A stretch of 64,000 nucleotides of DNA from Eledone cirrhosa (Eukaryota). The stretch spans positions 152,148,001 to 152,212,000 of the forward strand of contig OZ024741.1 of NCBI GenBank assembly GCA_964016885.1, written 5' to 3'. Below are positions 1 to 10,886 of this stretch, one piece after another; the first letter of the stretch is position 1, and each line of letters begins with the position of its first letter. A program made the position numbers and the translations under genes. The notes under the pieces were generated by a model that saw only the letters and a list, made by a program, of their open reading frames with translations, made no database searches and was not told the DNA's origin.

Positions 1-400
1 TGATGACAAGTGCAGAGAGATCTCCAGATATAAAGCAATGCCTGTGCCATGAAGATTTTATAGTGAGCAAAAGCACTGCACAAAGCCAGTCCCACTCTCT
101 TAACCAAGATTATATTTACCAAAAAGGGTTGCAGGTGTTATATCAGAGTTTTCCTTCTCCTAGAATTCTGCCTTGACAAAGGCTAAGGGTCATCTCTCCC
201 GGTGATTTTGGATGGCCATTGACTCTTATGAGCTCCTTTGCCCTTTGACAGGTTTTGTTTTTAGTCCTGCAGGATGTCCAAAGTCACCCTCCTCACCAAG
301 AAACCTTGGTAGGGTTGCCAGTTTAGTCGCCAACAACCCGACCATGGGACAGGTTGTACTGGGATACATGTTACCAGTAGCACCAACTGGTGACCTGACA
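1..400 (-). mobile_element. Partial copy of ~610-bp non-autonomous RTE-derived element (second copy at 43501-44110), cut by window start
   Basis: 1-400 aligns almost base-for-base with 43678-44110 apart from an indel. Both end at ...ggtgacctgaca followed by a TACA-type repeat. Confidence 0.75.
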
Positions 401-470
401 TACATACATACATACATACATACATACATACATACATACATACATACATACATACATACATACATACATA
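398..470. repeat. (TACA)n microsatellite
   Basis: Perfect tetranucleotide run. Confidence 0.95.
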
Positions 471-1424
471 GTTTAGAGACGTCAATTAGTTGTTTTTTTT
501 GTTTTGTTTTTTTTGTTTTGTTTTTTTTGTTTTCATTAATTATTCAGAGAAGCTATGTGAGAATTTACCCACGTGCATTCTACAGTTCCTTTCCAAGACT
601 AACCAAAATATCATTGGATTGTTCAGGTGGAATATATGTAGGTCGTCTGTCTCCGTAAGGGAAAACATGGACCGACAAGAAGAGGTGACGGTTCCATGGA
701 ACTAAGCTGTATGCTGTTCAACGTCATTCCTCGTGTGTAGAGTAGACATCTTAGTCGTCTGGCCTTCTTTCAATCAAATTAGGTTTCTTTTTTGCTAAAG
801 AAAATATATAAGAATATAATAAAAACATGTTTTTTTTTTCTTTTCCTCAAGTACAATTAAGATAGCTGTCTTGGACATGAAGAAACAGGTTAAAATAGGA
901 AACACAAATAGACAATAGGAAACACAAACGGAATATTGTCCGTTAGTTGTTAAGATGTTCGTACGAGTGTGACTGAAGGCTGTGTTTTGGCTTTGTCTTT
1001 TTTTCTTTGTAAAGGCAGCAGCGGCTGAGGAGCTGATCATGATGAGGATGATGTTGGTGATGATGAGAGAAAGGTGAGGAGAATGTTTCTAAATTGGAAG
1101 CCGGACGATGTGGCGAGGTGGCGAGTTGGTGGTTAGGCATAATGATGTGACAATGTAATAAGGTTTTGACAATACTGTTAACCAAGAAAAAATTAACGGT
1201 GTATTGCTATGGTGGAAGATGGTAGGGGGAGAGAGGTGGATGGAAGAGAATGTGTGTGGTGGCCAGTGGTCGTAGGAGCAGTAGCTGAAAGACACACACA
1301 CATATAAGGATGGCTATGTCTGCACACGTACATTCATATATATATACATATGTATGTGCGAAATTATATATGCATACACATATACAACCATAGACAGATA
1401 GAGATTGAGAGAATAAGAGAATAT

Positions 1425-1444
1425 ATAGATAGATAGATATATAA

Positions 1445-1507
<63 letters not shown>
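1425..1507. repeat. (GATA)n tract abutting 3' end of Tx1 copy 1
   Basis: Direct reading. Confidence 0.95.
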
Positions 1508-1737
1508 TGTTTCTTTTTATTTGCCACCAGGGCATCAAAAAGTGGGACAAGTACAATGGGGCGACTTTACATAAAAAGCGAGTAAAGAAAACAAATAACA
1601 AATATAAAATTAACAATAAAGTCCTCAATAGGTAGGGGGCGTTTGGGGGGTCGCACACACCCCCGAAAAAGGTGTGCAACCCCTTCACCTCAGGAGCACA
1701 GAGAGAGGGTACTCCCTCGTTCCTTCCTCTTTTCCAC

Positions 1738-4700
1738 CTACAGGCTGATGTAAAGAGAAGGCCCATTCACACGGGCCATTCTCGCGACTTTCACCCACCT
1801 TTCATAAAAACGACTGGGGTGGAGTACCTCTCTCTCCATCCTGATCCTTCTTCCGAAATGATATCGGAAGAAACGGACCAGTTGTTGGCCAGAGAGAAGG
1901 GTGCCTGACCTCAGTCCTTTCAGACGCGTTCACCATACAACTTCTTTCACCATGGCTATTACACACAGAAACACCGCCTCTCCTTCATTTTTGAAGGGGG
2001 GGGGGCTTGATCGTTACAATAGACTCGGTGGTCAACCGGATCGGTCCCACCCTTGACAGCAGTTGTTCGACATAGCCCCACAGATCGGCTACGCCCGAGC
2101 AGTGTACCAATGCGTGTGCAACGGTTTCCTCGTCGCACACGCATCTGGGACAGATCTTTTTGGCGTGGTCCCTACCCGGGCGCCCGTGTCTGTAGAGCTT
2201 TTCTCGAACGGGTAGCACTGCCAGGCCAGGGACTTCTGGAAGTTGTCCATAGGTCCCGGGCTGAATGTCCTACCGAACAGGCTGGCCAGTTCGTCTTCCT
2301 CCATGTCTAGGGCTTCTCCGAGGGCGTCGTCGCCCCTGCTGCGCACCAGCCCTCTATAGAATGTTGCGGTGGAGTCTCCACTGATAACCGGATCCGCCTG
2401 CCAGAGGGCGGTGAGCGCCTGGGCACACTCAGTGTGCCAGGCGCCCAGTTTTCTCGGTCTTTGCTTGACCCAGGATTGCAGCTCGGTGAGTGAGACGAGT
2501 CTGGGAAAGGTTCGTCTCACAAACGAGGCCCACACCGGTTGACCGGTGAGGAATACGTGGAGGTGCCGTAGCCTTAATGCGTGTTTACGCATCATTAGCC
2601 ACGGCATCCCCAGCCCTCCTTTCTAAGGGTGTTGACAGCAGGTGGATCTCCTCACCAAAGGAGCCCGCTTCTTCCAAAGGAATTGGAAGAGTGCGCGCTC
2701 CATCTTGGCGAGGGTTTTCCTTGGGCAAGGCACGACGGTCAGGCGGTAGTAGATGACGGACGCTGTATAGGTGTTCGCCACCTCCGCCCGACCTTTCAGG
2801 GATAGTTTGCAACTGGCCCACTTCTGGGTCAGTGCAAACACCCTGTTCGTAACCTCAGCCCAGTTCTTCTCCACCTGGAGGTCTGGTCCGAACCAGACCC
2901 CGAGCAACTTCACCGGGCCCTCCGTCCAGCGTCCGATGACGCCATCGGAGGGCATCGGTTTGCCCCTCCACGTGCCGAGTTGCAAACCGATCGACTTGTC
3001 CCGGTTCAGCTTAGCCCCTGTGAACCTTTCTTACTCCTCCAGTAAGGTGCCGATCGCCCCGATTTCGGAGGCCGTCGACACCATTACTGTCACGTCATCG
3101 GCGTAGGCCGACACCGCTTTCCGCAATCCCGGTTCCAAAGGGATGCCCTGCAACAACTCCAACTTCCGCAGTAGTGGCTCGAGAGTCAACACATACATAA
3201 GGGAGGAGAGAGGGCACCTTTGTCGAATGGACCGCGCGATTTTGAACGGTTCCGAGAGGTAGCCGTTCACCTTGACCCTAGAGCAGATGCGGCCGCTGTG
3301 CATAGCAGTGATCCAGCCCCTGAAAACGGGTCCGAAGCCTGCCGCCGCTAGCACCGCATCCAGGTAACGATGGTCGACCCTATCGAACGCCTTAGATTGA
3401 TCCAAGTTGATCAGAGCCCCACCAAAGCCGGGTTCGTTCCCAACCCTCTCTACGATGTATCGCATGAGGTGGAGGTTGTCATGGATGGACCTGGACGGGA
3501 TAGCACATGTCTGCGCATCTCCCAGCAGGTTGGCCACGTCAAGCGCCAACCTCTTTGCAGCACCTTGGCCAAAATCTGTAACTCTGTATTTAGCAGAGTT
3601 ATGGGCCTGAAGTTACTTATTTCGTCCCCCTTGTTCTCGTCCTTCCTCACTAGCGTGACTACGCCCTTGGTCACAGCACAGGGAATTCTCCCGTTCTGTT
3701 GCCAGTTGCAGTAGACTGCCTCGAGGAGATCGAGGAACAAGTCCGGCATAGCTAGATATAGTTCGTATGGAAGACCATCGAGACCCGGGGATTTGCGTTT
3801 GCCGCATTGGCTCAGCACGTCCTCTATCTCAGCGGCTGAAATCGGCTCCTCGCAGGACTTCGCCTCCCTGTCCGAGAGACGCGGCAGACCGTCGAGGTAT
3901 GGACCGTAGTCCACATCCCCAACCGGCTCCCCGCCCCTTCCGAACAGTCGGCCAAAGTGCCTTTGAAAGGCCTCACAAATCTGCTTAGGCTCAAGGATCG
4001 CCCGTCCATCCTGGTCCCGCAAAGACCGGATGGTGGATTTAGTTCCACTCTTGGCCTCTGTCACGCGGGCCCAGCTAACAGCTTTGGTCCCCTCGTTTCC
4101 ATAGAGCACGTATTTTACTTCGGACAACGCAGCCTTCGTGCTTCGCGTCGAAAAACTGGCTCAAAGCCGTTCTCGACGCTAGCACTCTGGCCACCTCGCC
4201 GCTTCTAATTGCCTCTTCTACTCTATCGATTAGCTCCCTTTCCTTCCTATTCCTATCCGCAGCTAGAACCTTACTAAATTCTATCGAGACTACTCTAATC
4301 TCTCTCTTTAGAGATACCCACCACCTGCTGTTGACGATCGCCCCAGTCAACCGCTCCTTAACTAACGTACTAATCCGGTCCCTATAAGCTTTACTTGCCG
4401 GCAAGGACAAGTTGAGCTTCCAGTAACCGGGGCCCTGTCTATGCGTTCTATCAAGGTTGACCATGCAGGTCACCAACTTGTGGTCTGAATAGCCAACCAT
4501 AAGCATTTCTGGACAACTTAAAATGTCTCTGTGCTTATTTCTAACTAAAAACCTATCTAGGTACGATCTAGATTGACCGCTACGATTTGACCAAGACCAG
4601 GTTGGCACCGTCGGAAAATCTAGTCGAAATCTATCGGCCAGGTCAAATCGGCCGAGTAACCCCTTGAGGCTGTTGCACCCCTTTCTATCGGGGCATGCCC

Positions 4701-5160
4701 CTGTATAGTCCCAACGTGCATCCAGGATACCATTCCAGTCCCCCACTAAAAGCAGGGAACGGGACGTCCCTAGAAAAGACTCCAGACGCTGGAAAAAGTC
4801 GGGCCGCTCTGTCCCAAAAGGGGCATATGCGGCTACCAGCCTAAAGGCTCCACCTTCACCACTGCCAAGGTCCAGCACCACCAGTCGACCCCCGGGTCCA
4901 AGTGAACTATCTGTGTGGCGAGACCCAGATGTTTTTGCAGCAGAACGACAACCCCACCCCCCACCTCCGGGCTGACAGAGAGATGCGTGCATCTCAAAGT
5001 CATCAAAGGTGGGGGCTAGCTGTCGCATGCTTCTGATCCGGGCCTCGCAGATAACCATCAGATTTATAGATCGTGCCCTGAGGTCATTTAGAAGCATTGC
5101 TTGCTTCCAAGATGAGCCCAGGCCACGCGCATTTAGACAGCCTACTCTGGGCACAGCCAT
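1738..5160 (-). pseudogene. Tx1 ORF2 (APE endonuclease + reverse transcriptase), several frameshifts/stops
   Basis: ORF-track pieces 4075-5184, 3450-4127, 3031-3549, 2623-2985, 2089-2607 are colinear with the intact ORF2 at 7449-10853. Confidence 0.9.
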
Positions 5161-5184
5161 GTTGGTGGTAAGGAGAAAAGGCAC

Positions 5185-6969
5185 TTACCTCTCTGCGTCC
5201 CGGGGAGCGGACCGCTCAATTTCCATGAGGGTTGGGGATGGGTTGTTGGGTGGGTGGTGGTTTGTGGAAGTGTAGGGGCATGAGTGTGTTGTGGAGTTGG
5301 GGTGTTTGTGGTTGAGTGGGTGTCTGGGTGGGAGGTGGGGAAATTTTTTAGGAGGACGCGGTTGATTGGCTTGGAGCAGGGGGGGGCACGTCCTCCGTGA
5401 AATTTATTTTCAAAGTTTTGTATAAGTTCATTGGGACTTTAATCATTTGTAAATGAGGTAGTCCCACAGCAGTTAGAAAGTTAGGCCCTTCAGTTTGGAC
5501 CGAAGGGTTTGACGAAATTGTGTTCATTAGTTCTTTGTTGTCTGTATTCATGTATGTATATTGTAAAGTCTTTTTTGCGTAGCAGTTAGTGCTATGTGAA
5601 GGGGAGGGGTGGTTTGTATATTGTTTGTTTTCTCTTGGGGAGGGTTAATGTTAATAAGTGTGTCTGTGGTGCGCCTCCTCTTCTTTCTTTTTACTATTTG
5701 GAAGGGATCTTTTTCGTCTTGCGACGAAAGGGGTTCGTCTTCCTTGTTGGGTGGGAGGGGTATATTTTCTGGTAGTGTTTGCGGTGTGTGTGTTTTTGTA
5801 TTTGTTTTGGGTGGGGAGGGGTTGGGTGGGACATTATTCTGTGTTGTTTGTTCACGTGTTTGTTGTTGTTGTTGTGGTGGTGGTGTTGGTTGTTGTTGTT
5901 GTTGTGGTTGTTTTTGTTGTTGTTGTTGTTGGGGTGGTGTTGGTGTTGGTTGTTGGGGTGTTGGTAGCAGTGTTTTTTTCGGTGTGAGCTGGAGACAGGC
6001 AGCCCTTAGGTGACCTCTATTGCCACAGAGGTAACAGGAGGGACGCCTACCCTCCACAATAATGTTGAGGTGGGTACGGTCATCCAGCATGACGCGCTCA
6101 GGGATTTGGGCGATACGTTCTGGCCTTATTTGGGTAAGAACTTCGATACTCGTTCCACTGAACGCGTCGCCGGATGCCTTCCCTATTGATATAAGGTTGT
6201 CCTCGTCTAAATTGAGGAAACCGGTTAGTAACCACCAGTAGTTTATGTTTGGGGTGATGGTGGTTGTCCATATTCTTTGGGTTTTTTTACCCATGTAGGT
6301 GGGGAAGAAGGTGTAGTGTGTGGAACGAATTGGCGACACAGAGTATTTTTTCGCCGCCAATTCGTCTTTCATCAATATGGATAAACTCCCATAGAGTTTA
6401 TCCTTTTGTATGAAAATAATGTCTTTCATAGCTTCTTTCAGTACTAACTGAATTTCAGCTTGAGATGGTTGTGCTGGTTTTTTTGTTCTGTTTGAAATTG
6501 TACGGAATACGACAGTTCGTAATTCCTTCTGTTTTTTTAGTTCTGGGGGCGAATTTATAGAAAAATAACCATTTTCGCCAAAAGATACTTATTGTTTGGC
6601 TTTTTCAAGCATTTCTTTGGCATTTGAAATATCCTCAAGTACATATGTAACTGATATTTTAGCCGTTTGTGCAAAAGATATTTTGTTTTCATTGTTGGTG
6701 TTTGAATTGTTTTGTTTCTCGTAATTTGAATTGTTTTCATTTTTGTTGTTGTTGTCTTTCTTGATGGGTGTGTTAGTTTTGTCATTGTTTGTGTTTGAGT
6801 TGTAATAAATTGGGTTTGCACCCGTATTTAATTGTTTGTCTGGCATATCGCCTTTTACTAAGTCTTTTACAACGTTGGCGCGAGAAAGCAAAACGCTTTG
6901 TACCGCTTGCTTCTTTCTTTCTTCTTCCTTAGTGAGCGTGGCGTTATCGTCAACACGTGCTGCAGACAT
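5185..6969 (-). pseudogene. Tx1 ORF1 (gag-like nucleic-acid-binding protein, single CCHC knuckle, P/Q/T-rich linker), disrupted
   Basis: ORFs 6589-6969, 5548-6429 and 5348-5551. Ends ...MEIERSAPRDAER*. Confidence 0.85.
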
Positions 6970-7448
6970 GGCGTCAATTTTTTACCATGTGAGTCAGCAA
7001 AATTTTTTGGAGTAGTTTTTACCCCCAAACGGTGTAAAAATACGATGACCACCCGTCTACAGACCTAGCCGGGTGGTTAAAAGGCACGAAGACAACACAA
7101 TAAAGAGACAAACACTTACTGTGAATGGGTAAAATTTCAAAAAGGCAGGAGCCGATGTTATACACGTCTATACTATACAAGATAGATAGATAGATAAATA
7201 AATAGATATGTTTCTTTATTAGTCACAGGGGCACACAAGAAGGGGACAAATGTAAAGGGGGGAAGTTTACATACAATAAGAACGTGTAAAATGTTATCAC
7301 AAATGCAATTTAAAAAGTTAGTCGATTTTCCCCAATACTGGGAGACAGTTTATATGGGTAACACATACCCCCGAAAATATGTGCAACCCTCATCTCCAGG
7401 AGTACGATAAGTTTGTAATCCTTTCCTCTCCTCCTCCTTTTCCTCAAT

Positions 7449-10400
7449 CTACAGGCTGATATAGAGAGAAGGCCCATTCACTCGGGCCATTCTCGCCACT
7501 TTCACCCACCTTAAATAAAACTCGCTGGGGTACAGCACTTCTCTCTCCATCCTGATTCTTCTTCCAAAGTGGTATTTGAAAAAAAGAATCAGTTGTTGGC
7601 CGGAGAGAAAGGTGTCTGACCTCAGCCCTTTCAACCTTGTCCACCATACAACCTCTTTCGCCATAGCTATCACACAAAGGAAAACCGCCTCTCCTTCGTT
7701 TTTGAAGGAGGGTGGCGGTTTGATCATGACAATGGACTCGGTGGTCAACCGGATTGGTCCCACCCGCGACAATAGTCGTTCTACATAGCCCCACAGGTCA
7801 GTAACGCCCGGGCAGTGTATGAATGCGTGCGCGACGGTTTCTTCGTCTCGCACGCACCTCGGACAGATCGTTTTTGCAGGGTCCCTGCCCGGGCGCCCAT
7901 GTCTGTAGAGCTTGTCTCGAACTGGTAGAGCTCCTCGGTAGCACTGCCAGGTCAGGGACTTTTGGAAGTTGTCCATCGGTCCCGGGCGGAAGGTCCTACC
8001 GAACAGACTGGCCAGTTCATCTTCCTCTACGCCAAGAGTTTCACCGAGCGCGTCGTCGCACTTGCTGCGGTTCAACCCTCTATAGAATGATGAAGTAGAG
8101 TCTCCACTGATCGTCGGGTCCGCTTGCCAGAGGGCTGTGAGTGCCTGAGCACATTCGATGTGCCAGTCGCCCATTTTCCTCGGTCTTTGCTTGACCCAGG
8201 ACTGCAGCTCGGTCAGCGAGACGAGTCGTGGGAAGGCTCGCCTCACGAACGGGGCCCACACCGGTTGTCCGGTGAGGAATACGTAGAGATGCCGCAGCCT
8301 GAGCGCGTGTTTGCGCATCGTCAACCACGGCATTCCCAGCCCTCCGTTAGAAGGGTGTTGGCAGCAGATGGATCTTCTCGCCAAAGGAGCCCGCCTCTTC
8401 CAAAAAAATTGGAAGAGCGCGCGTTCCATTTTGGCGAGCGTTTTGGCTGGACAAGGCACGACGGTCAAGCAGTAGTAGATGGCGGACGCTCGACCTTTCA
8501 AGGATAGTTTGCACTCGGCCCACGTCTGGGTGAGTGCAAACACCTTGGCCGTCACTTCGTTCCAGTTCTTCTCCACCTGGAGGTCCGGACCAAACCAGAC
8601 CCGGAGCAGCTTTACCGGTCCTTCCGTCCAGCGTCCGACGACGCCATCGGAAGGCATCGGTTTGCCTCTCCACGATCCGAGTTGCAAACCGATGGACCTG
8701 TCCCGGTTCAGCTTCGCTCCTGTGAAATTTTCGTATTCCTTCAGTAAGGTGCCGACTTCCTCGATTTGCGAGGCGCGCGACACCATTACTGTCACGTCGT
8801 CGGCGTAGGCCGACGCCTCTTTCCGCAGTCCCGGTTCCAGAGGGATGCTCTGCAATAGCTCCAACTTCCGCAGTAGTGACTCGAGAGTCAGCACATACAG
8901 AAGGGAGGAGAGAGGGCATCCCTGTCGAATGGATCGCGTAATATGGAACAGCTCCGAGAGGTAGCCGTTCACCTTGACCCTTGAGCAGATGTTGCTGTTG
9001 TGCATTGCAGCAATCCAGCCCCTGAACACGGGTCCGAAGCATGCGGCCTCGAGCACCGCATCCAGGTAACGATGGTCAACCCTATCGAAAGCCTTAGACT
9101 GATCCAAGTTGATCAGGGCCCCACCGAATCCGGGTTTACACCCTACCCTCTCTGTGATGTATCGCATGAGGTGGAGGTTGTCGTGTATGGACCTGGTCGG
9201 GATTGCGCATGTCTGCGCTTCTCCCACCAGGTTCTCGACGACAAGCGCCAGCCTCTTTGCCAACACCGTGACCAAAATCTGTAACTCTGTGTTTAGCAGA
9301 GTTATGGGCCGGAAGTTGCCTATGTCATCCCCCTTATTCTCGTCCTTCCTGATTAGTGTGACTACGCCCCCGGTTATAGAACTGGGAATTCTCCCGTTAT
9401 GTTGCCAGTTGCAGTAGACCGCTTCCAGGAGACCGGAGAATAAGTCCGGCATTGCTACGTAAAATTCGTAGGGTAGACCGTCGAGACCTGGAGATTTGCG
9501 TTTGCCGCATTGGCTCAGCGCGTCCCCTATCTCAGCGGCTGAAATCGGCTTTTCGCAGAAATTTGCCTCTCTGTCCGAGAGTCGCGGTAGACCGTCGAGG
9601 TATGGACCGAAATCCATAGCCCCTCCCGGCGCGCCGCCCCGCCCGAACAGTTGAGCAAAGTGCCGCTGAAAGGCCGCACACATCTGCTTCGGCTCATGTA
9701 TCACGCGTCCGTTTTGGTCCTTCAAAGACCGAATCGTGGACTTGTTGCCACTTTTTGCCTCCGTCACTCGGGCCCAGCTAACAGCTTTGGCTCCCTCGTT
9801 TCCCAGAGCACGTATTTTGCTTCTGACAACGTGCTTTGCGTCGAAGAACTGGTCCAAGGCCGTTCTCGTTGCTAGCACGCTGGCTATGTTTCCACTTCTA
9901 ATTGCCTCTTCTACTTTATCTACCAGTTCCTTCTCGGTTCTATTTCTATCTAACGCTAATTCTTTACTAAAAACTAACGAGTCTAGTCTAACTGCCCTCT
10001 TGAGAGAGTACCACCATCTGTTGTTGACAATGGCCCCTGTCAAGTGCTGTTTAACTAAAGTGCTAATCCGTCTACTGTAGGCTTTGCTTGTCGGTAACGA
10101 CAAGTTCAGCTTCCAGTAGCCGCGTCCTTGTCTATGGGTTCTATCAAGGTTGGCCATACAGGTCACTAGTTTGTGATCTGAATAGGCAACCATGAACATT
10201 TGTGGACAGCCTAACATGTCCCTATCCTTATTTCTAACTAGAACCCTATCTAGGTACGATCTAGATGTTCCGCTACGATTACTCCACGTCCACAGTGGCG
10301 CAGTCGGAAAATCTAGTCGATATCTATCGGCCAAGTCAAATCGGTCGATTAACTGTTTGAGGCTGTTACACCCCCCTTTATCGGGACATGCTCCCACATA

Positions 10401-10853
10401 GTCCCAACGTGCATCTAGGATTCCATTCCAGTCCCCCACTAAAAGCAAGGAGTGGGACGTTCCCAGAAAAGTCTCTAGACGTTTGAAGAAGTCTGGCCGC
10501 GGTGTCCCAGATGGGGCATATGCGGCCACCAGCCTGAAGGCTCCACCTTCACTACCGTCAACGTCTAGGACCACCAGTCGACCCTCCGGGTCCAGATGTA
10601 CCGTCTGTGTTACGAGGCCCAGGTGTTTCCGCAGCAAAACGGCAACTCCGCCCCCACCCCCCGGTTGACAGAGAGATGCGTAGATCTCAAAGTCATCGAA
10701 GATGGGGGCCAGCTGTCGCTTGCTGTGGATCCTGGACTCGCAAATGGCTACCACATCTATACTGCGCGACCTGAGGTCGTTTAAGAGTTTGCCCTGTTTC
10801 CACGGCATTCCCAGGCCGCGTACGTTCACACATCCAACTCTTATATTGGCCAT
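7449..10853 (-). CDS. Tx1 ORF2, 1134 aa APE endonuclease/reverse transcriptase with C-terminal Cys/His motif
   Basis: Uninterrupted ORF containing NVRG, CESR, GDWNG, YLDRVL, SDH (APE), QGCPLS and YADD (RT), and CPRC...H...HC. Confidence 0.95.
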   Translation of the reverse strand: MANIRVGCVNVRGLGMPWKQGKLLNDLRSRSIDVVAICESRIHSKRQLAPIFDDFEIYASLCQPGGGGGVAVLLRKHLGLVTQTVHLDPEGRLVVLDVDGSEGGAFRLVAAYAPSGTPRPDFFKRLETFLGTSHSLLLVGDWNGILDARWDYVGACPDKGGCNSLKQLIDRFDLADRYRLDFPTAPLWTWSNRSGTSRSYLDRVLVRNKDRDMLGCPQMFMVAYSDHKLVTCMANLDRTHRQGRGYWKLNLSLPTSKAYSRRISTLVKQHLTGAIVNNRWWYSLKRAVRLDSLVFSKELALDRNRTEKELVDKVEEAIRSGNIASVLATRTALDQFFDAKHVVRSKIRALGNEGAKAVSWARVTEAKSGNKSTIRSLKDQNGRVIHEPKQMCAAFQRHFAQLFGRGGAPGGAMDFGPYLDGLPRLSDREANFCEKPISAAEIGDALSQCGKRKSPGLDGLPYEFYVAMPDLFSGLLEAVYCNWQHNGRIPSSITGGVVTLIRKDENKGDDIGNFRPITLLNTELQILVTVLAKRLALVVENLVGEAQTCAIPTRSIHDNLHLMRYITERVGCKPGFGGALINLDQSKAFDRVDHRYLDAVLEAACFGPVFRGWIAAMHNSNICSRVKVNGYLSELFHITRSIRQGCPLSSLLYVLTLESLLRKLELLQSIPLEPGLRKEASAYADDVTVMVSRASQIEEVGTLLKEYENFTGAKLNRDRSIGLQLGSWRGKPMPSDGVVGRWTEGPVKLLRVWFGPDLQVEKNWNEVTAKVFALTQTWAECKLSLKGRASAIYYCLTVVPCPAKTLAKMERALFQFFWKRRAPLARRSICCQHPSNGGLGMPWLTMRKHALRLRHLYVFLTGQPVWAPFVRRAFPRLVSLTELQSWVKQRPRKMGDWHIECAQALTALWQADPTISGDSTSSFYRGLNRSKCDDALGETLGVEEDELASLFGRTFRPGPMDNFQKSLTWQCYRGALPVRDKLYRHGRPGRDPAKTICPRCVRDEETVAHAFIHCPGVTDLWGYVERLLSRVGPIRLTTESIVMIKPPPSFKNEGEAVFLCVIAMAKEVVWWTRLKGLRSDTFLSGQQLILFFKYHFGRRIRMEREVLYPSEFYLRWVKVARMARVNGPSLYISL

Positions 10854-10886
10854 GTTGGTGCTGGAAAGTTAAAAGAGTAAAAGAGA

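Larger units (their letters stand above)
1507..7180 (-). mobile_element. Tx1-clade (L1 superfamily) non-LTR retrotransposon, copy 1, near full length, frameshifted
   Basis: ORF1 with CYLCGNRGHLRAAC. ORF2 fragments with APE motifs (GDWNG, SYLDRF, SDHK), RT motifs (KSPGLDG, FRPITLLN, LDQSKAFDRVDH, YADD) and C-terminal CPRC..ETVAHALVHC. The 3' end reads AATAAAAAGAAACAT then (ATCT)n. Confidence 0.93.

Noticed and set aside
1000-1080. Possible host micro-exon (pyrimidine tract-AG ... AAG|GTGAGG)
   Set aside because: Only generic splice-like signals around low-complexity sequence, with no recognisable protein or partner exons.
5609-6013. Plus-strand Cys/Val/Leu-rich ORFs over Tx1 ORF1 (also 12344-12833, 48770-49288, 50156-50822)
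   Set aside because: Antisense shadows of low-complexity coding or trinucleotide repeats.
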